The position numbers and the translations under genes are program-made. The notes under the pieces are model-generated. The model saw nothing but the letters and a program-made list of their open reading frames with translations. It was not told the DNA's origin and searched no databases. A stretch of DNA of 64,000 nucleotides from Octopus sinensis (lineage: Eukaryota): the NCBI RefSeq assembly GCF_006345805.1, contig NC_043009.1, forward strand, positions 4,154,001 to 4,218,000, written 5' to 3'. Of this stretch, positions 25,827 to 39,640 are shown one piece after another (position 1 is the stretch's first letter; the number at the start of each line of letters is the position of its first letter).

Positions 25827-26769
25827 CCCTTGGTTTTCTCAGCGAGTATATATATATATATATATATACATACATATTTCCTTTAAGTAAACACATGTCT
25901 TTCATAATTTACCAGAAATCTCTTCTGTGCTGTCCTCTATTAAGTTTGTCATGACATCACTGGAAGATATGGGCTTGTCAATTATGCATGGTCTGGGGCT
26001 CTCTACACAAAATGCACTTTCTTGAAAAGCAAAAAAAAAGAAAGAAAGAAAGAGGAAGGATTAATTCTTACTAAGACTTTAAAAAGCCTTTCTGAGCCTT
26101 TATGGAATGTGACAATATTAGTGGGACTGTCTTCTAAAAGTTATATATTTATTTTTTCCCCACGTCTTTTATATACATATGTTAGGAATACGCTAACACC
26201 CCTGCACACACTATCTCTCACACACATATATATAGATATGTATGTGCGTATTAGACACATATATAAACTTTAGAAATACCCTCACACACACACACGCAAA
26301 CATATTTTTCTCCCTTTGTTCAAAGAAACTACTCCTATCATCTCCATTTGACTTACAAAGTATATACATGTGTGTAGAGATAGATTAAGAAAGACTGACA
26401 GACAGGCAACTAGAATTAGATACATACACGTTAGTTTAAATAAGAGGAAGTTATGAGAGTACTATACTCTAAAAGTACTCTGATAATATTGCAAGCTCTC
26501 GAAGTTTCTCTTTACTGCTCTTCGAACGAAGATCTATTTCGTGAAATATATATGTGTATATATGTATACCTCTATGTATGTATGTATGAAAATATACTAA
26601 TATATATGTATTTAAATATGCATTTATATGCATATGTGTGTATGTGTAAGTGTGAGATGTGTACATAGACGCATGATATAGTTTTGCGATGTTCTTCATA
26701 ATAGCAAAGCAGATTGATTTAAGCCCCAGCGATGGCTGCTCTGCCGTTCATGGTGCACCAGTGTTACTG
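25064..26769. repeat. 149-bp inverted repeat pair (25064-25212 / 26621-26769), ~1.4-kb spacer
   Basis: One mismatch seen by eye (gcat vs gcgt). Confidence 0.92.
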
Positions 26770-27060
26770 ACATCTAATGGTGTGAGTGGCGTTCTGAATG
26801 AACATCCCTTGTCTTGCTGCTTCCATACAAACCTTGACTTGATGGATGAAGTGGAGTGTACATACATACCATTCTTTTTTAGACACTGAAAGCTAATGGG
26901 GTTCGCAAGATTAGAGCAGGAAAGGAGGCTGTTTCGCCACGATTAAGACACTAGTTAAAACGTTTCGTTGACCTGTGGTCAAAGAGAGCAAAGAATATCC
27001 GGACAGCCGTTAAATATTTCAAGAGATATATTGATGAAAATTCTCTGAGTGTGTGGTGTG

Positions 27061-27091
<31 letters not shown>

Positions 27092-28165
27092 TGCGTATTT
27101 GCGTGTAATGCAAACAGAGACAGAAAGCGAGAGAGAAAGAGACACAGATATAACGATAAAAAGAGAGGGTTGCTGAGAGAAGCAGAAAGAAAAAGAGTGA
27201 AAGACGAGAGCAGATAGGGGAACTGAAATATCCAGAATGAAAGAGAAAGAGAGAGAGTGAGAGAGATTAGAATGGGAAAGAGAGAGAGACGTAAAAATAA
27301 AAGCACTCTTCATTGATTCCTTGTTTTGAATTATTAAACAGATCTAAAGAGATATTCAGACGAAAATTTAGCTTTGCTGTATTTTTGTCATTTGATTTTT
27401 TTTTTATTATTTATTATTATTTTTTTACCCATTACACTGTCTGTACATTGCAAGTTTTATATTTTTACTTGTATCTTTATTCTTATCATTTCTATTTTAT
27501 TTTTTTTTAAAGACCAGCTTGGAGCCACTTGGAGTTTCCTACAATTACAATTCTAACCCCAAACCTATTTCATACACTCATGTATTCACACACACACATG
27601 CACGCACATTCAAGCCACATATACATATATATACACACTGGCGCGTGCAATACGTACACATATATAGATATAAAGCCTTATAGATTATATGTATACACAC
27701 GTGTGTATCTATAGGCGTGTGTTCGGGTCCACAAACAGACGAATATCTGTTTAAGTTTCTCTATTCTAAAAATTGCATATTTGAAAAAGACAATACAAAA
27801 TCACATGTTTTATTCAAATTTGTATATAATTATTGAAATATATTTATGTGTGTACCTGTATATATACACACCGCCACACTTACATATATACCTCCATATA
27901 TATATCAATTTATAATATGTCGGTTTGTGTATACGTAAGCGCCATTATACATATGTAAAAATCGAAGCGTTTGTAGTCTGCAAAGACTTACAATCGTTTT
28001 ATGAACTTGTAATATAAACAGTGGTATATATTCAATTATTGATTCTGACTTTTATTTTCTTTCAATTTATACCAAAAAGAATACTGACGCTTCTTTGTGT
28101 CTAGATAATTTACCTATATATATATATATATATATAATGTGTATGTATGTATATATGTATGAATG

Positions 28166-28200
<35 letters not shown>

Positions 28201-28227
28201 CTTATAGTGTTTATATATATATTGAAG

Positions 28228-28284
<57 letters not shown>

Positions 28285-29597
28285 ATTACCAAACTTGTCT
28301 TTATTTCTCGTACTTATTGTGACTTAACTTGCATCACATCCATGATTGGTAATGTTTAGAAAACTTTAGATGTGTTTCTTCTGCATTAAAATTATACGAG
28401 TTAAGTATTGGTAGCAATGATTTTGTATATACATTTTATATGATAGCTATTCTATTCAAATTTGCCTACGCGCAGTCTCTCACTCTTCTCTTTCGTCTGC
28501 CTCCCTCTATCTATTTCTCTCTCTCTTTCTCTCTCTCTCTCTCACACACACTCACAGAGATATGTACGTCTATACATATTGATACTGAGACATATCTGTT
28601 TATTTGTATACATTTAGTGCAGAGAATTCATACTATTTTTTCATTCATTGATATCCCTATTCAATAACAGCTTATTGTCTTGTTATAACTGTGCACAGTA
28701 CCCTGTGTCTATTTTAAATGTTTGTGAATGATAACCCTATGAATTGTGTGCGATTTCACCAGTTTCGTGTATGTTGCAGATTGTGAAGAACTTACAACCT
28801 TTGTAGCTACAAATAAATACTGTATTTTTTATGTTTGATGTTAATATTTCTTATAATAAGTAGATGTTGGTGTGAAGGCATATTATACCACAGTTTTGCT
28901 CCTAGTACTTCTCTATTGGTTCCTAGGGCGACATTATGTTTTTAACGCTGCTGACAACACCGAAGTTAATGGTAGTGCGCAGGTGTCGAAACCATAATGA
29001 TATCCGTCAGGCAGCTGATGATGAGAGTGTATGTTTGATATACTTGTTTGTGAATATATTGTGCCATGAATTTCGTTGTTCTGAGTTGTCTTTCATTCTC
29101 ATAATGTTGGTGATGTTCATGATCAACACTAGGTTTGTAAAACGTAAGCGATTTTTAATTAGAAATTAATTACTTTTTCTTCTAATACATAGGGTGCTAC
29201 TTGTTTTTTACCCACAACCTGTACTTGAGCGTAAATTAATAGCGTATGCTGTATACATAAATACACACACACACACACACCACACACACACACACACACA
29301 TACACACATATAATATAGATAGATAGACAGACAGACGGACGGACGGACTGATAAAGTTGTGGCCAAACATTCTGAACTCATTTAAAAAATTAAGATTGTT
29401 ATGGTGAAATACAATTTGATTCAAATATAATTTCAGGCATTTCATATAAAAACTCTAATTTTTATATCTATGTTCCAAGTTTTTGGGCCACAACTGTATA
29501 CATACGCATTTATCTGTAGACAGACGAATTAACAGACGGACAGACAGACAGACAGACAGATAGATAGTTAGATAGATAGATAGACAGACAGATAGAC

Positions 29598-29635
<38 letters not shown>

Positions 29636-30342
29636 GCATTTACATGTGCGCTTAATTTTGTGCGGGTGGTGGTCGGGGTTTCAGGGTACATACTATCTGT
29701 GTATTTGTGCTTGTTTATATGTGTGGAAACGTAAATTGCGCGTTCGTATTTTGTTGTTTAGTCAATTATTATGCTCATTTAACATGCAAACACATGGCAG
29801 AGCAAGTGCCTCAACATAGGCAAATACCACACACACACACACACACTTGCTTCCACACTCACACATAAAATCACATACAAACACACACATTCCTCTATGC
29901 ATGCTTATGTGTATATATAGGTACACACACACACATAGAGTAAATTTGGTTACGTATGAATACACAGGAAAACATATGCGTATATGTTGAGTTTATAAGT
30001 GTGTTAATCTATATGGAGGTTAAGTTAAGAGTGTGAGAGAGATTAAGGAGGCAAAGAGAGTGAAGGTTTGTGTGTTAGTGTTTAAGTAACCCAACTCTGC
30101 TTGTCAACATATTGTTCTTAGTATATCCCTCCCATATATGAAAGTCACATTCGTTCAAGTGAGTGAATATGGACGAGAAAGTCAGACAAACTGTGAATGC
30201 ACACACACACACACATACGCACAAACGTGTGCACATACGTACAGAGAGAGAGGGGGAGAAAAAGAGAGAGAGGAGTGGTGAATAATTATCTCAAGATTTC
30301 TCGTTTTTCTTACTCTGAGCCCTTCATCTCTCTATCCATTCC

Positions 30343-30376
<34 letters not shown>

Positions 30377-31305
30377 TTCCATCTCTATTTCTGTTTCCTT
30401 ATTGTCTGCCATTATGTTAATATGTATGCTTGTACATATATTCATGTAGTAATAATATATATTCGCACGAATTGACGTATTCGTGTGTGTATGGATATAT
30501 AAATATATATATATATAAAATATACAAATGTTTTTTTTCTTAATGCAATAACATATCCACCATTAAAACCTTGAAAGTTATCTGACACCGATTCTGTGTA
30601 TCATGAATTCAGTTCTTAAACCTTAAACAGCTAAGCGGGAGGAGTGAGTGTATATTTTCTATTTTATCAAGAGATGATTAACTTAGATTAGATATAAAGA
30701 ATTGACTCAATTACTATATATAAAACTGGGCTTGTACCCAACGAATTCTAATGTAATGTAAACTGATTGTTTCCTTCTTTCTCTAACGTTTCTTGTAACT
30801 AAGTAATTTGACGTGAAACTGAAAGCCAACTCCGGTTTTTCTCTAAAAAAAAAATAATAATAAAATGGCGTCGTATCACTATTAATAAAACATATGTTTT
30901 TAATCCTGTACATAATTGTGGATAAATGAAGAAAATTAAATACTGCAGGATTTATCGGCTAAATTAGAATGTATGTAAAGAATTTTTATTTCAGTAACAA
31001 CAAAACTGTTTTCGTGCTATACAGACAAAAACGGGATCTTTCTGACATTACAGATAAATGGCTAACTTCGAAAATTTCGTATTGAAATACAAATAAGTTT
31101 GAAATATAAATTGTAAGAATTTAATCGTTTTAATTAGAAATATGCATTAAATAAAATACTCTAAGGTCTCTGAAAGAAACATATATGAAGATTTTTGTTT
31201 TGAAATAAAAATATCTTTAAGAAATTTAAACAGAAAAAATATAAGCTTGAAATGTTTGAAAGACACACCGTATAAATAAAATAAAAATGCATATATTACC
31301 CTAAA

Positions 31306-31337
<32 letters not shown>

Positions 31338-31342
<5 letters not shown>

Positions 31343-31540
31343 CAAAGATTTTTTTCATAGCATTTTTCCGATGCCCGGATAACTGAAGAGATGGCGGCGT
31401 AGATTTCCACCTCGGCATCCGAAACTCGGAATTTTATCATGGCTACCGAACAATTGTCACATATTACATTAACAGATAAATTCCTCTATTTACATAATAT
31501 TGAGGTCTCTTTCATTCTTTTGTTCTCTTCCCATTTCTAT

Positions 31541-31543
<3 letters not shown>
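31338..31543 (+). mobile_element. Short (TA)n-flanked repeat with hammerhead-like motif (Penelope pseudo-LTR-like)
   Basis: Bounded by (TA)n on both sides; GAUAA-CUGAAGA-...-GAAA-CUCG...-UUAUC at 31378-31438. Confidence 0.55.
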
Positions 31544-31575
<32 letters not shown>

Positions 31576-32448
31576 TAATTATTTTCTAAAACTATACTGC
31601 TAAAATCTGTCAGGAATCGTCTATTTTTAAAATAGGTTTTAGAAATTGATAAATGTCTGTCATAGTTAAGCAACCTTACCTTGGAGAGAAAAAGTAGGAT
31701 CGACTGGACTGTTACTTCGGGTATCACTATAAGTTTCCTCCGCAATCTTTTACCTAATATGATTTTTATGAAGTACGCCTAATACCAGAATCGTTTGCAG
31801 TATTCTAGGGAAAGAGATAGTTGGCACAGCTATTCCCAGTAGAAATTGGCTGTAGGTTGTTACCTGTCCAGTCGCTATGGAGAATACTTAAGGCCTTTGG
31901 AGTGAGAGGAAGATAAAAGATGAAGAGTAGGTAGAAAAAGTCTTTTTGCTGTTTAGGGACCAAGAGAGAGAATCTAAGATGGATAAATATTTTGGCCAAC
32001 ATTGGCAATCGACCATTGGCATTGGGTTACGGTTCAGGACTGAATCAGTGATAGTGATAGACATCATATTCTCCAGTTCACCAAAGGTAAAGGAAAGTGA
32101 AGCATATTTTCGATGTAATCATTTTCGTAGCATTTTAATGAAAGGAGTCCGATCTCTGATGAAGTGAACAAGGACGAAACAATAATGCCAGATGTGTGTG
32201 TCTGTGTGTGTGTGTGTGTGTGTGTGATCTTGTTGTGAGGATTCATAAGAATCGAGGCACATCAACTCGTAGAATGCCAGAAATGGCTAGGTACTATAAC
32301 AGACCTTACAGTGAAATAAACAAAATTAATTGAAGGCATCAAGTATGTGTGTGTGTGTGTATCTTTGCCAAGCCGTATTCTATGTCTATCTGTCTACATC
32401 ACACATAATAACTCCATCTGCCTATTTGTATGAATGCACGTTCACCAA

Positions 32449-32517
<69 letters not shown>

Positions 32518-32673
32518 CACCTATCTACCATTCCCTATTTCCAACACAGTTATAGTCGAATGTCTATTTTTCCAGTTCTGTTCAGTAGCAACACATTGCT
32601 ATGTTATTTATTTTAGCCATCTTCCCGTCCCTTCCCTGCAGACACACACACACACTCCACACACACACACACA

Positions 32674-32721
<48 letters not shown>

Positions 32722-33889
32722 AGATCCATATATAGAAACTTGCTTTCTTCCTTCCTTCTTCTCTACACCGCTTGACGTCATAATTACTAGTGTTTCGAAG
32801 CATCGGAGAAATTAACCAATTGTAAACAGCTGCATTATGACACGGGCATTATCAACCGGAAGTAAGTACTCTGAACAAACGACCTCGCCACCAACTGAGC
32901 TATGACCTCGACTTCGATATCGCTGAACCAATAAATAAATAAATAAATAAATACAAGATACTTCAGGAATGAAATACGACACTAAATTAGGTTTGCAGTC
33001 AATTGGAAGCGATGGAATGGCACAAACGGTGCGGGGCTGGATTAAACATAATTTAGTAATTTTTTTTTTTTTTTGAGCCAACGAGTGCGCGTCTGATGGG
33101 TTAAAAATAGTAGCCAAATACCCTCTCGCATCACATTCTACCCTTTCATTAAAAAGAAGGGTACATTGTATAACGTAATCGAGGATGCACAAAAATAAGT
33201 GATCGCCAAAGTTAGAACAACTTAGACCATGTCTGCTGTGTGATGGCTGGCCTGGGTATAAGCCAGCAAGGAGAAAAGCGACAGCAATTAGCAGTAATCT
33301 GGGCAAACGAAGGAGCTTCTGCATGGTCACACGACCTGCTAGAAAGAGCAGCCAAAAGGGTTTATTTTCATTGTATTATATACAAATAGATAGAATGAAA
33401 AAAATATCAGATGGTCAGATATAAATGGCTTTCATCATCTCTGCTCCATTAAGTGTGAATCTAGGCTAAAAATAACGAGGTAACATGAATAACATAATGA
33501 AAGCGTCTACGCGGCGATTCAATCTTCTAGAAATAACAGCCACATTAACCTCGAATCACAGCCTGTTTTCTTTTAACGGTCTTATTGTTCAGCTCAGTCA
33601 GATGTAATCGAGTACACATATGATCAAATCCTTTCAAAGAGTAACCTGCATATTGTTTTACCTATATATACGACTGGTAATCGAGAAATACATTTTCGAA
33701 TGCGTCATTTTCTAAGACAGTATGGTGTAATTCGAGGAAGATCTGGTTGCTATTTTTAGCAGGTATGACGTTGCAATTGAATGGTAAAGAGCCTAACAAA
33801 TGTGCGCTTAGTTTTAATATATAGATTTTGATTCTTATAAAATCTCTAATCCTGTGGGAAAGTTTGACATCTATCCTTCTGGAGAAAAT

Positions 33890-34130
33890 CAGAGCAAAAT
33901 TTAGAAATATGCCAGTAATATGATAGGATCTTATTCCATCACCTACAGTCCTCACTTCCTCGTGGCTAAGAAAGGAATCAATGAGATCAATAATGGCTAC
34001 TCTGCTATAGGTTGTAGTCCATCATTTCCATTAGGTTCAGATTTCAAGATCATATTTCCCTGTATTCATCATTTTCATATGATGAGAAAAGGCATAAACA
34101 TCACCAATTCCTATACCATTGTTGATATCT
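33890..34130 (-). pseudogene. Possible decayed non-LTR retrotransposon AP-endonuclease fragment
   Basis: One minus frame with stops shows GIGDVYA (GDFN-like), TYSRVAIIDL (TxxxSxID-like) and RSYH (SDH-like) in the expected order. Confidence 0.4.
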
Positions 34131-35699
34131 TTTTGTTCATACATACATATATAACTATGTGTGTAATATTCACCACGAATATACAAACGCAGAACGGCGT
34201 AAGCTATAATATCTTGACGCAGAGAATCCTCTCTTATACCTATCAGACACCGGTATTTCAGTGTTGTTGCAACACCTCAGTGATGACCACACTCGGATAC
34301 TCTAGGCTAAGGCGGAAATGTTTGTTCTAATATAGAAATAAACAAAATCATTAACTAATTTTTGCGGGAGCTTGGCCAAGCTTCAGTTTAGTCAATAAAG
34401 GCGCTTGAAACAATTTGGTTAAAATAACGAAGAGTATTACAGTCATAAAATATGTACACTAGTATAATGGAGTTGGTTATAATATTTTGTCTCACAGAAT
34501 CTTTTCTTACATGGCTCTGGCTACCAAAAACACAGAGTTATCTCAAAATATTAGTGGGTCATCAGACAGCGGAATTTTGGCTTGGTTTGGCCTCTTCATA
34601 CATATATTCATATGTGCGTTAGTGCGGTATATACGATTGTGTACATGAATTTATTAAGATATATATATATGTGCCTGAGCCGCTTAGAAAATTCGCACAT
34701 CTGTAGTGTTAGTATGGTCATACTGCTCGGCACACAGGACTGGTGTATGCTTTTATGGTTTCGGCTTGTCCAATATTTTATGAGAAAAATTTGTTAGACG
34801 AAAGTATGTATGTATGCATTAATAAAGCCTGCCACAAGCACAGTTATATATATTTTCCTTTTCATCCTTGATACTCTATTTCTTTCTGTTACCTATTAAA
34901 TTTCTGAAGAAACAGTTAAGCTCGAAACGTCAGAGACATATCTTCTTTCTTACATTTCAAAGAACATGAAGCAAATATTTGCGCATAGATTTCTTTGCCG
35001 CCTGAGATGTTATACACATCGTTAATTTTGAACCCATATACAGAGACAGATACACGTACGCACCTGTGTTGCGTGTTTCTCTTCGAATATCAGTTAAAGA
35101 TGTAAAACATTGATGAGAAAATAGATAAACCGTTGCTTTCGATCGAAAAAGACTTCTTAAGAAATTTTAGCTCTTTATCATTCTCGCCATCATAAATTCT
35201 ACGAACCGATGGCTTTTGGTTCGTTAGAAACCTCCGAAATTATTGTTCACAAAATCCGATATAAAATATAAATAAAATAAATATGTCTCCATCGATATAA
35301 CGATGGATTTTTGAAACTTTTGATTCGATAATAGTTTGCTATTTCAAAGTTCAACTTTCGTTGACCTGTCTGCTGGCAATAATGTCAGAGGGATTGGAAT
35401 TTCACTGAAAGCAGACGACACCATTACACACTCTATAATTTTATACCAACACAGGCAAACAGATGACACTTATCATGTGACTTGTTAAATAAAAACAAAA
35501 CGAAAAAGTAAATAGATAAGAATAATCATAAAACAAAATATCAGAAAAAAATAAGGCCAGAATAATGTTGCTGTTATTGCTGGTGATGCTATCGCCTCCC
35601 TCTTGTTTATTTTATTTTGCAGTTTATTTTAACTGTTTTCTAACTTCCATTTCCAAACGTACTCACGCTCTCTCAATTCCCTATTATAAATTTTTATAT

Positions 35700-36450
35700 T
35701 TCACACACACACACACACTATCTCTGTTTCTCTCCTCCCCTCCCTCTACCTCTCTTTACCTCTCTCTCTCTCGTTACCTCTCTACCTCTCTTTTACCCCC
35801 TCTCTCTCTGTTTACCTTTCTCTTTCCCGGCCTCTCTTTCTCTCTCTCCCTCTCTCTTCCCTCTTACACCATCTCCTCCCTTTCTCTCTTTATAGTTCTT
35901 TATACCGCTTTCTTCCATTACTCTCTCTCTCTCTCTCTTATCCTCTCTCCTTCACATTTCTCTATTGTTATTCCATCGCTTATCTCTGCTTCTCTTATCG
36001 TTTCACATCTTTCCTTTATTTTTGTATTACATTCTTTATCGCCTCATTGTTAATATCTTCCATTCTCTCTCTCTCTCTCTCTCTCGCTTTATTCCCACCT
36101 TTTTTGTTTTACCTTTACACTTTTTATATTCTTCTGTCTTTGATCTTCCCTTGTCTCTCTCCTTCTCTCTGTATCTATAGCTTTCTTTACATTTTTTCTT
36201 TCTTCCCATTATCCAGCATGTCTGTTCCGTCATTCCATCTTCTATTTATCATTTAGCTCTACCTTTCAGTATGTTTACTTCCCCACCCACCCCTCTCTCT
36301 CTCCTAACAGTTTTCCAAATTTTCTCATTTTATCATCATGCTCTCTTTCTCTCTCTCTATTTATCTATCTATCTATCTCTCCTTCATTCACTCTCTTAGG
36401 TACACACATTCTCTTCTATTTCTCCTTCCATATATTTTATCATTATCCTC
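35700..36450. repeat. ~750-bp pyrimidine-rich low-complexity tract (degenerate CT repeats)
   Basis: Directly visible strand asymmetry. Confidence 0.85.
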
Positions 36451-37805
36451 ATCATCATAGTCTCATAAACACTTTGCTTTTGGGCACACCACTAAACTAA
36501 AAAGCTAAACATTACATAGTGTTTCTAAAAACGATTAAACATCACTGGTTTTTCATTGCTTTCTCCAAGCCTAGCGAAGAAGGTTGAAGTTGGCATTCGA
36601 TGTTAATAATCTCCTATTATACTGAGAGGAATAAGATCTTGTTATAATAGAATTCCCAGAAACTAGTGAAGATGGTCCGTGTCGGCAAATATTTGTCCTG
36701 TGATTGGTAGGTAGATAGATTTATATAGACAGTACAGCTTAAATCTGAATCGCTGAAAGATGCTAAAATTTACAGCTATTTTTATTGAACACTTTAACCG
36801 TGGAGATTACAGACGATGTGCAAACCATCTAAAGTTCTCGAAGTAGAGAGAACAGTAATTTTACACTCATATGTAGGTATACACATACACACACACACAC
36901 ACATTCTCTTCTCTTTCTTTTCTCTCTCTCTCTTACACACACACACACATACAAACACATTCTCGTATGCGTTTGAGATTAAAAAAAAGTGCACCGTTTG
37001 TAACCCGGTCCTTCGTCAAAAGAGAAAAGAACATGAATATTCCACCCCTCCCTCCTTCTTTCCTTCTCCCTCTCTCTTCTCTCTCTTTCTCTCCCTCTCA
37101 GATTTGCACTGAAACTTCAGGGCAACCATTTCCTAATGGCATGCTAACGTCTTGAAAAAAAAAAAAATTAATATTTTCATACCTATAGAATTTGGAAAAC
37201 TATAAGAATTTGTAAATTTAATTTCATGGCAACAACAAATATAGATACAAAGCAGCGTAGATGATAAGCTACGAACCGCTGACTTCTTGGCTGGTCGTTC
37301 CAGGTGTTTCCATTCTGCTATCTGGTACATATACATATATATATTATAACGGTATATGAGCACATATAAATTCACTGTCTCTGTGACTCACACACACAAA
37401 CACATACACACTCTCCCCCCCCTCTCACTCTCTCTCTCTCATACTTATTACAAATTCTGTTTCACATATCTTGCTACCTTTTTCACTTCCTTTTCTTCGT
37501 ATTGATTCTCGTCCTTTTTGTTATGTCCCGACTGTAATAGCTATTTATTAAGGCTTTCTCTTTTGTTGTCGTTGTTTGTCTTTCGTTTGTAGTTACTGAT
37601 GCAGCAGCAGCAGCAGCAGCAGCAGTAGTTGTAGTAGTAGTAGTAGTAGTAGTAGTAACTGTTATTGTTGTTTTTGTTTTGTGTAATTATTAAGTCATTT
37701 CCAGCTGTGTTACAATTAACGTATTTGTTATATGATTAACAAAATACTTTAATTTCGAAATAGTTTCATTTGATGGAATGAATGTGATGTTTACGTAAGA
37801 TGTTG

Positions 37806-37837
<32 letters not shown>

Positions 37838-37983
37838 GGTGGTGGTGGTAGTAGGGATATGGTTGAAGGTGGGGTGGTTTATGTGATGGTCATGGTGGTG
37901 GTGGAGTAGTACTATTTCAGACGCTGTTGCTCCTGATAATGGAGGTGTTGATGACGGTGGAAACGATATTGAGGATATTTAAA

Positions 37984-38222
37984 AGGCGGCGAATTGGCGG
38001 AAACGTTAGCGCTCCGGACGAAATGCTTAGGGGTATTTCGTCTGCCGCTACGTTCTGAGTTCAAATTCCGCTAAGGCTGACTTTGCCTTTCATCCTTTTC
38101 GGGGTCGATTGAATAAGTACCAGTTACACACTGGAGTCGATGTAATCGACTTAATCCCTTTGTCTGTCCTTGTCTGTCTTTGTTTGTCCTCTCTATGTTT
38201 AGCCCTCTGTGGGCAACAAGGA
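37984..38222 (+). mobile_element. SINE family A
   Basis: ggcggcgaattggcggaaacgttagc head to ttagccctctgtggg tail. Confidence 0.88.
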
Positions 38223-38549
38223 AATAAAATGCATCCGAAACTATATTACCCTTTATGTCGTCTTTCTTAAAATAACAGTGACTAATTTTGAAGGAATTTT
38301 AGCTGGTATTTTTAACAGACTGAGTAGTAATCACGCCGAACCTTCCTCAATGACTCATTATGATCGTTTCCTTAGCAATTGTATTTGGAGTGATGTCAGT
38401 GCATAAATTGCGAGTTGCCGTACGTTTAACTCTAAAGGGTGTTCGGGCTAAATCTGACAGTCTGCATACGAGGAAAAGAAATTACAATGACTCATTCAAA
38501 AAAATATTTTTTAAAAATATCAATAACATGATGACCGGGAGATAACAAT

Positions 38550-39640
38550 TTACTTAAGGAAGCCGCCTTCAGCTTCCACCGGGGCCCCACAACGTCTTTG
38601 GAACCTAGAGCATGCGTGCCTCTGTGTGTCTCTTGGAAGATCTTCGAAAACCCTGATCTTCACAACCAGTTCGACATTGATGTGGCAGGCAGAGCTGTTG
38701 GTGTCATCCTCAACAGCGTCTCACACATCGTAATCCATGAAGTTTCAATCGGGGTGAAAAAGCGGCTAGAAATTGGGGCTGGCGGAGAGACAGAAATATT
38801 CCGACAACCACTTCTAACTCTTTCTGAATGTATAGTAAGGAAGTGAATCCGTCTGTCACACATTTGGCCTTCCGGTAGCAATCCTTCCAAGCCGGTGACT
38901 TACTACTGTCTCCAGCAGCTTCACATACTGGTCCGAACTGAGCCTAAGGCCCAGTTCATCAATCGCTGGATGAATTCCGACGTGAGGACGCAGTCGGAGC
39001 GCCTGCTGTGTCTCTTCCTGTAGGCCATGGCTTCGTTGTCTCAGTTGCAGCTGTCCATATTTTGCAGCTTGTACGCTGTTTGCAGAACATTGAGCAGGAG
39101 TTATGATGTCGGCATTTTGATACCAGGAGCAAATATTTTCCAGTATTCAAACGGCTTCGAGTCCTCTGTGCCAGCTTTTTCACAATTACAACTTTCGGAT
39201 ATTATCGGTTTGAACGGCAGTTTTTTTCTAGCGATGTCATATGAAATTGTCACCCATAATTATGACCCTAGTATCGATCTATTGCATTTCAATCTGTTTT
39301 AGGGTTAGGGGTGGAGGAAGGGTATCTTTTTTTCTTCACAAATGTAAATAAACCCAATCTGTTTCTTAAACGAGGGACATATTCACACGGCACAGAATGT
39401 TTTCACCTCAATGGACGTCATTGATTGGTTGAAATTGCAGAAATTGAAGAAAAAAACAACAAATATCTTACAAACTATAGAATTTTCTCAATAAAGCCAA
39501 GAGAAAAAGATGTCTTATAAACACATTCTACCAGTATACGAAATTTAAAATATTTTAATTACCTAGAAATTATGTTAAAAACTGCCATTCAAACCGAAAA
39601 GATCCCAACTTTCATCTTTATGCTCTTCAACGCCATTGAC
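38550..39640 (-). pseudogene. DD37D transposase pseudogene
   Basis: RKRHSRRSDCVLTSEF...GLRLSSDQYVKLLETVV...GRPNV*QTDS...HPD*NFMDYDV*...VEAEGGFLK*. Asp codons at 38847-38849 and 38733-38735 are 37 residues apart. Stops, a deletion and a MITE insertion disrupt it. Confidence 0.85.
39197..39605. mobile_element. 409-bp MITE nested in the DD37D element
   Basis: TIRs ggatattatcggtttgaacggcagttttt / aaaaactgccattcaaaccgaaaagatcc; perfect 8-bp TSD caactttc at 39189-39196 and 39606-39613. Confidence 0.88.

Noticed and set aside
32152-32193. CUGAUGA...GGACGAAAC...GCC-AGAU hammerhead-like string
   Set aside because: Triplet is GCC rather than GUH, stem II has only 2 bp and there is no repeat context; at best a dead remnant.
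32812-33330. 172-aa ORF with a signal-peptide-like N-terminus
   Set aside because: Runs through a poly-A tract and a (TAAA)n microsatellite; no recognisable motif or splice support.
39299-39310. TTAGGGTTAGGG telomeric motif
   Set aside because: Only two units, inside a MITE; not an interstitial telomere array.
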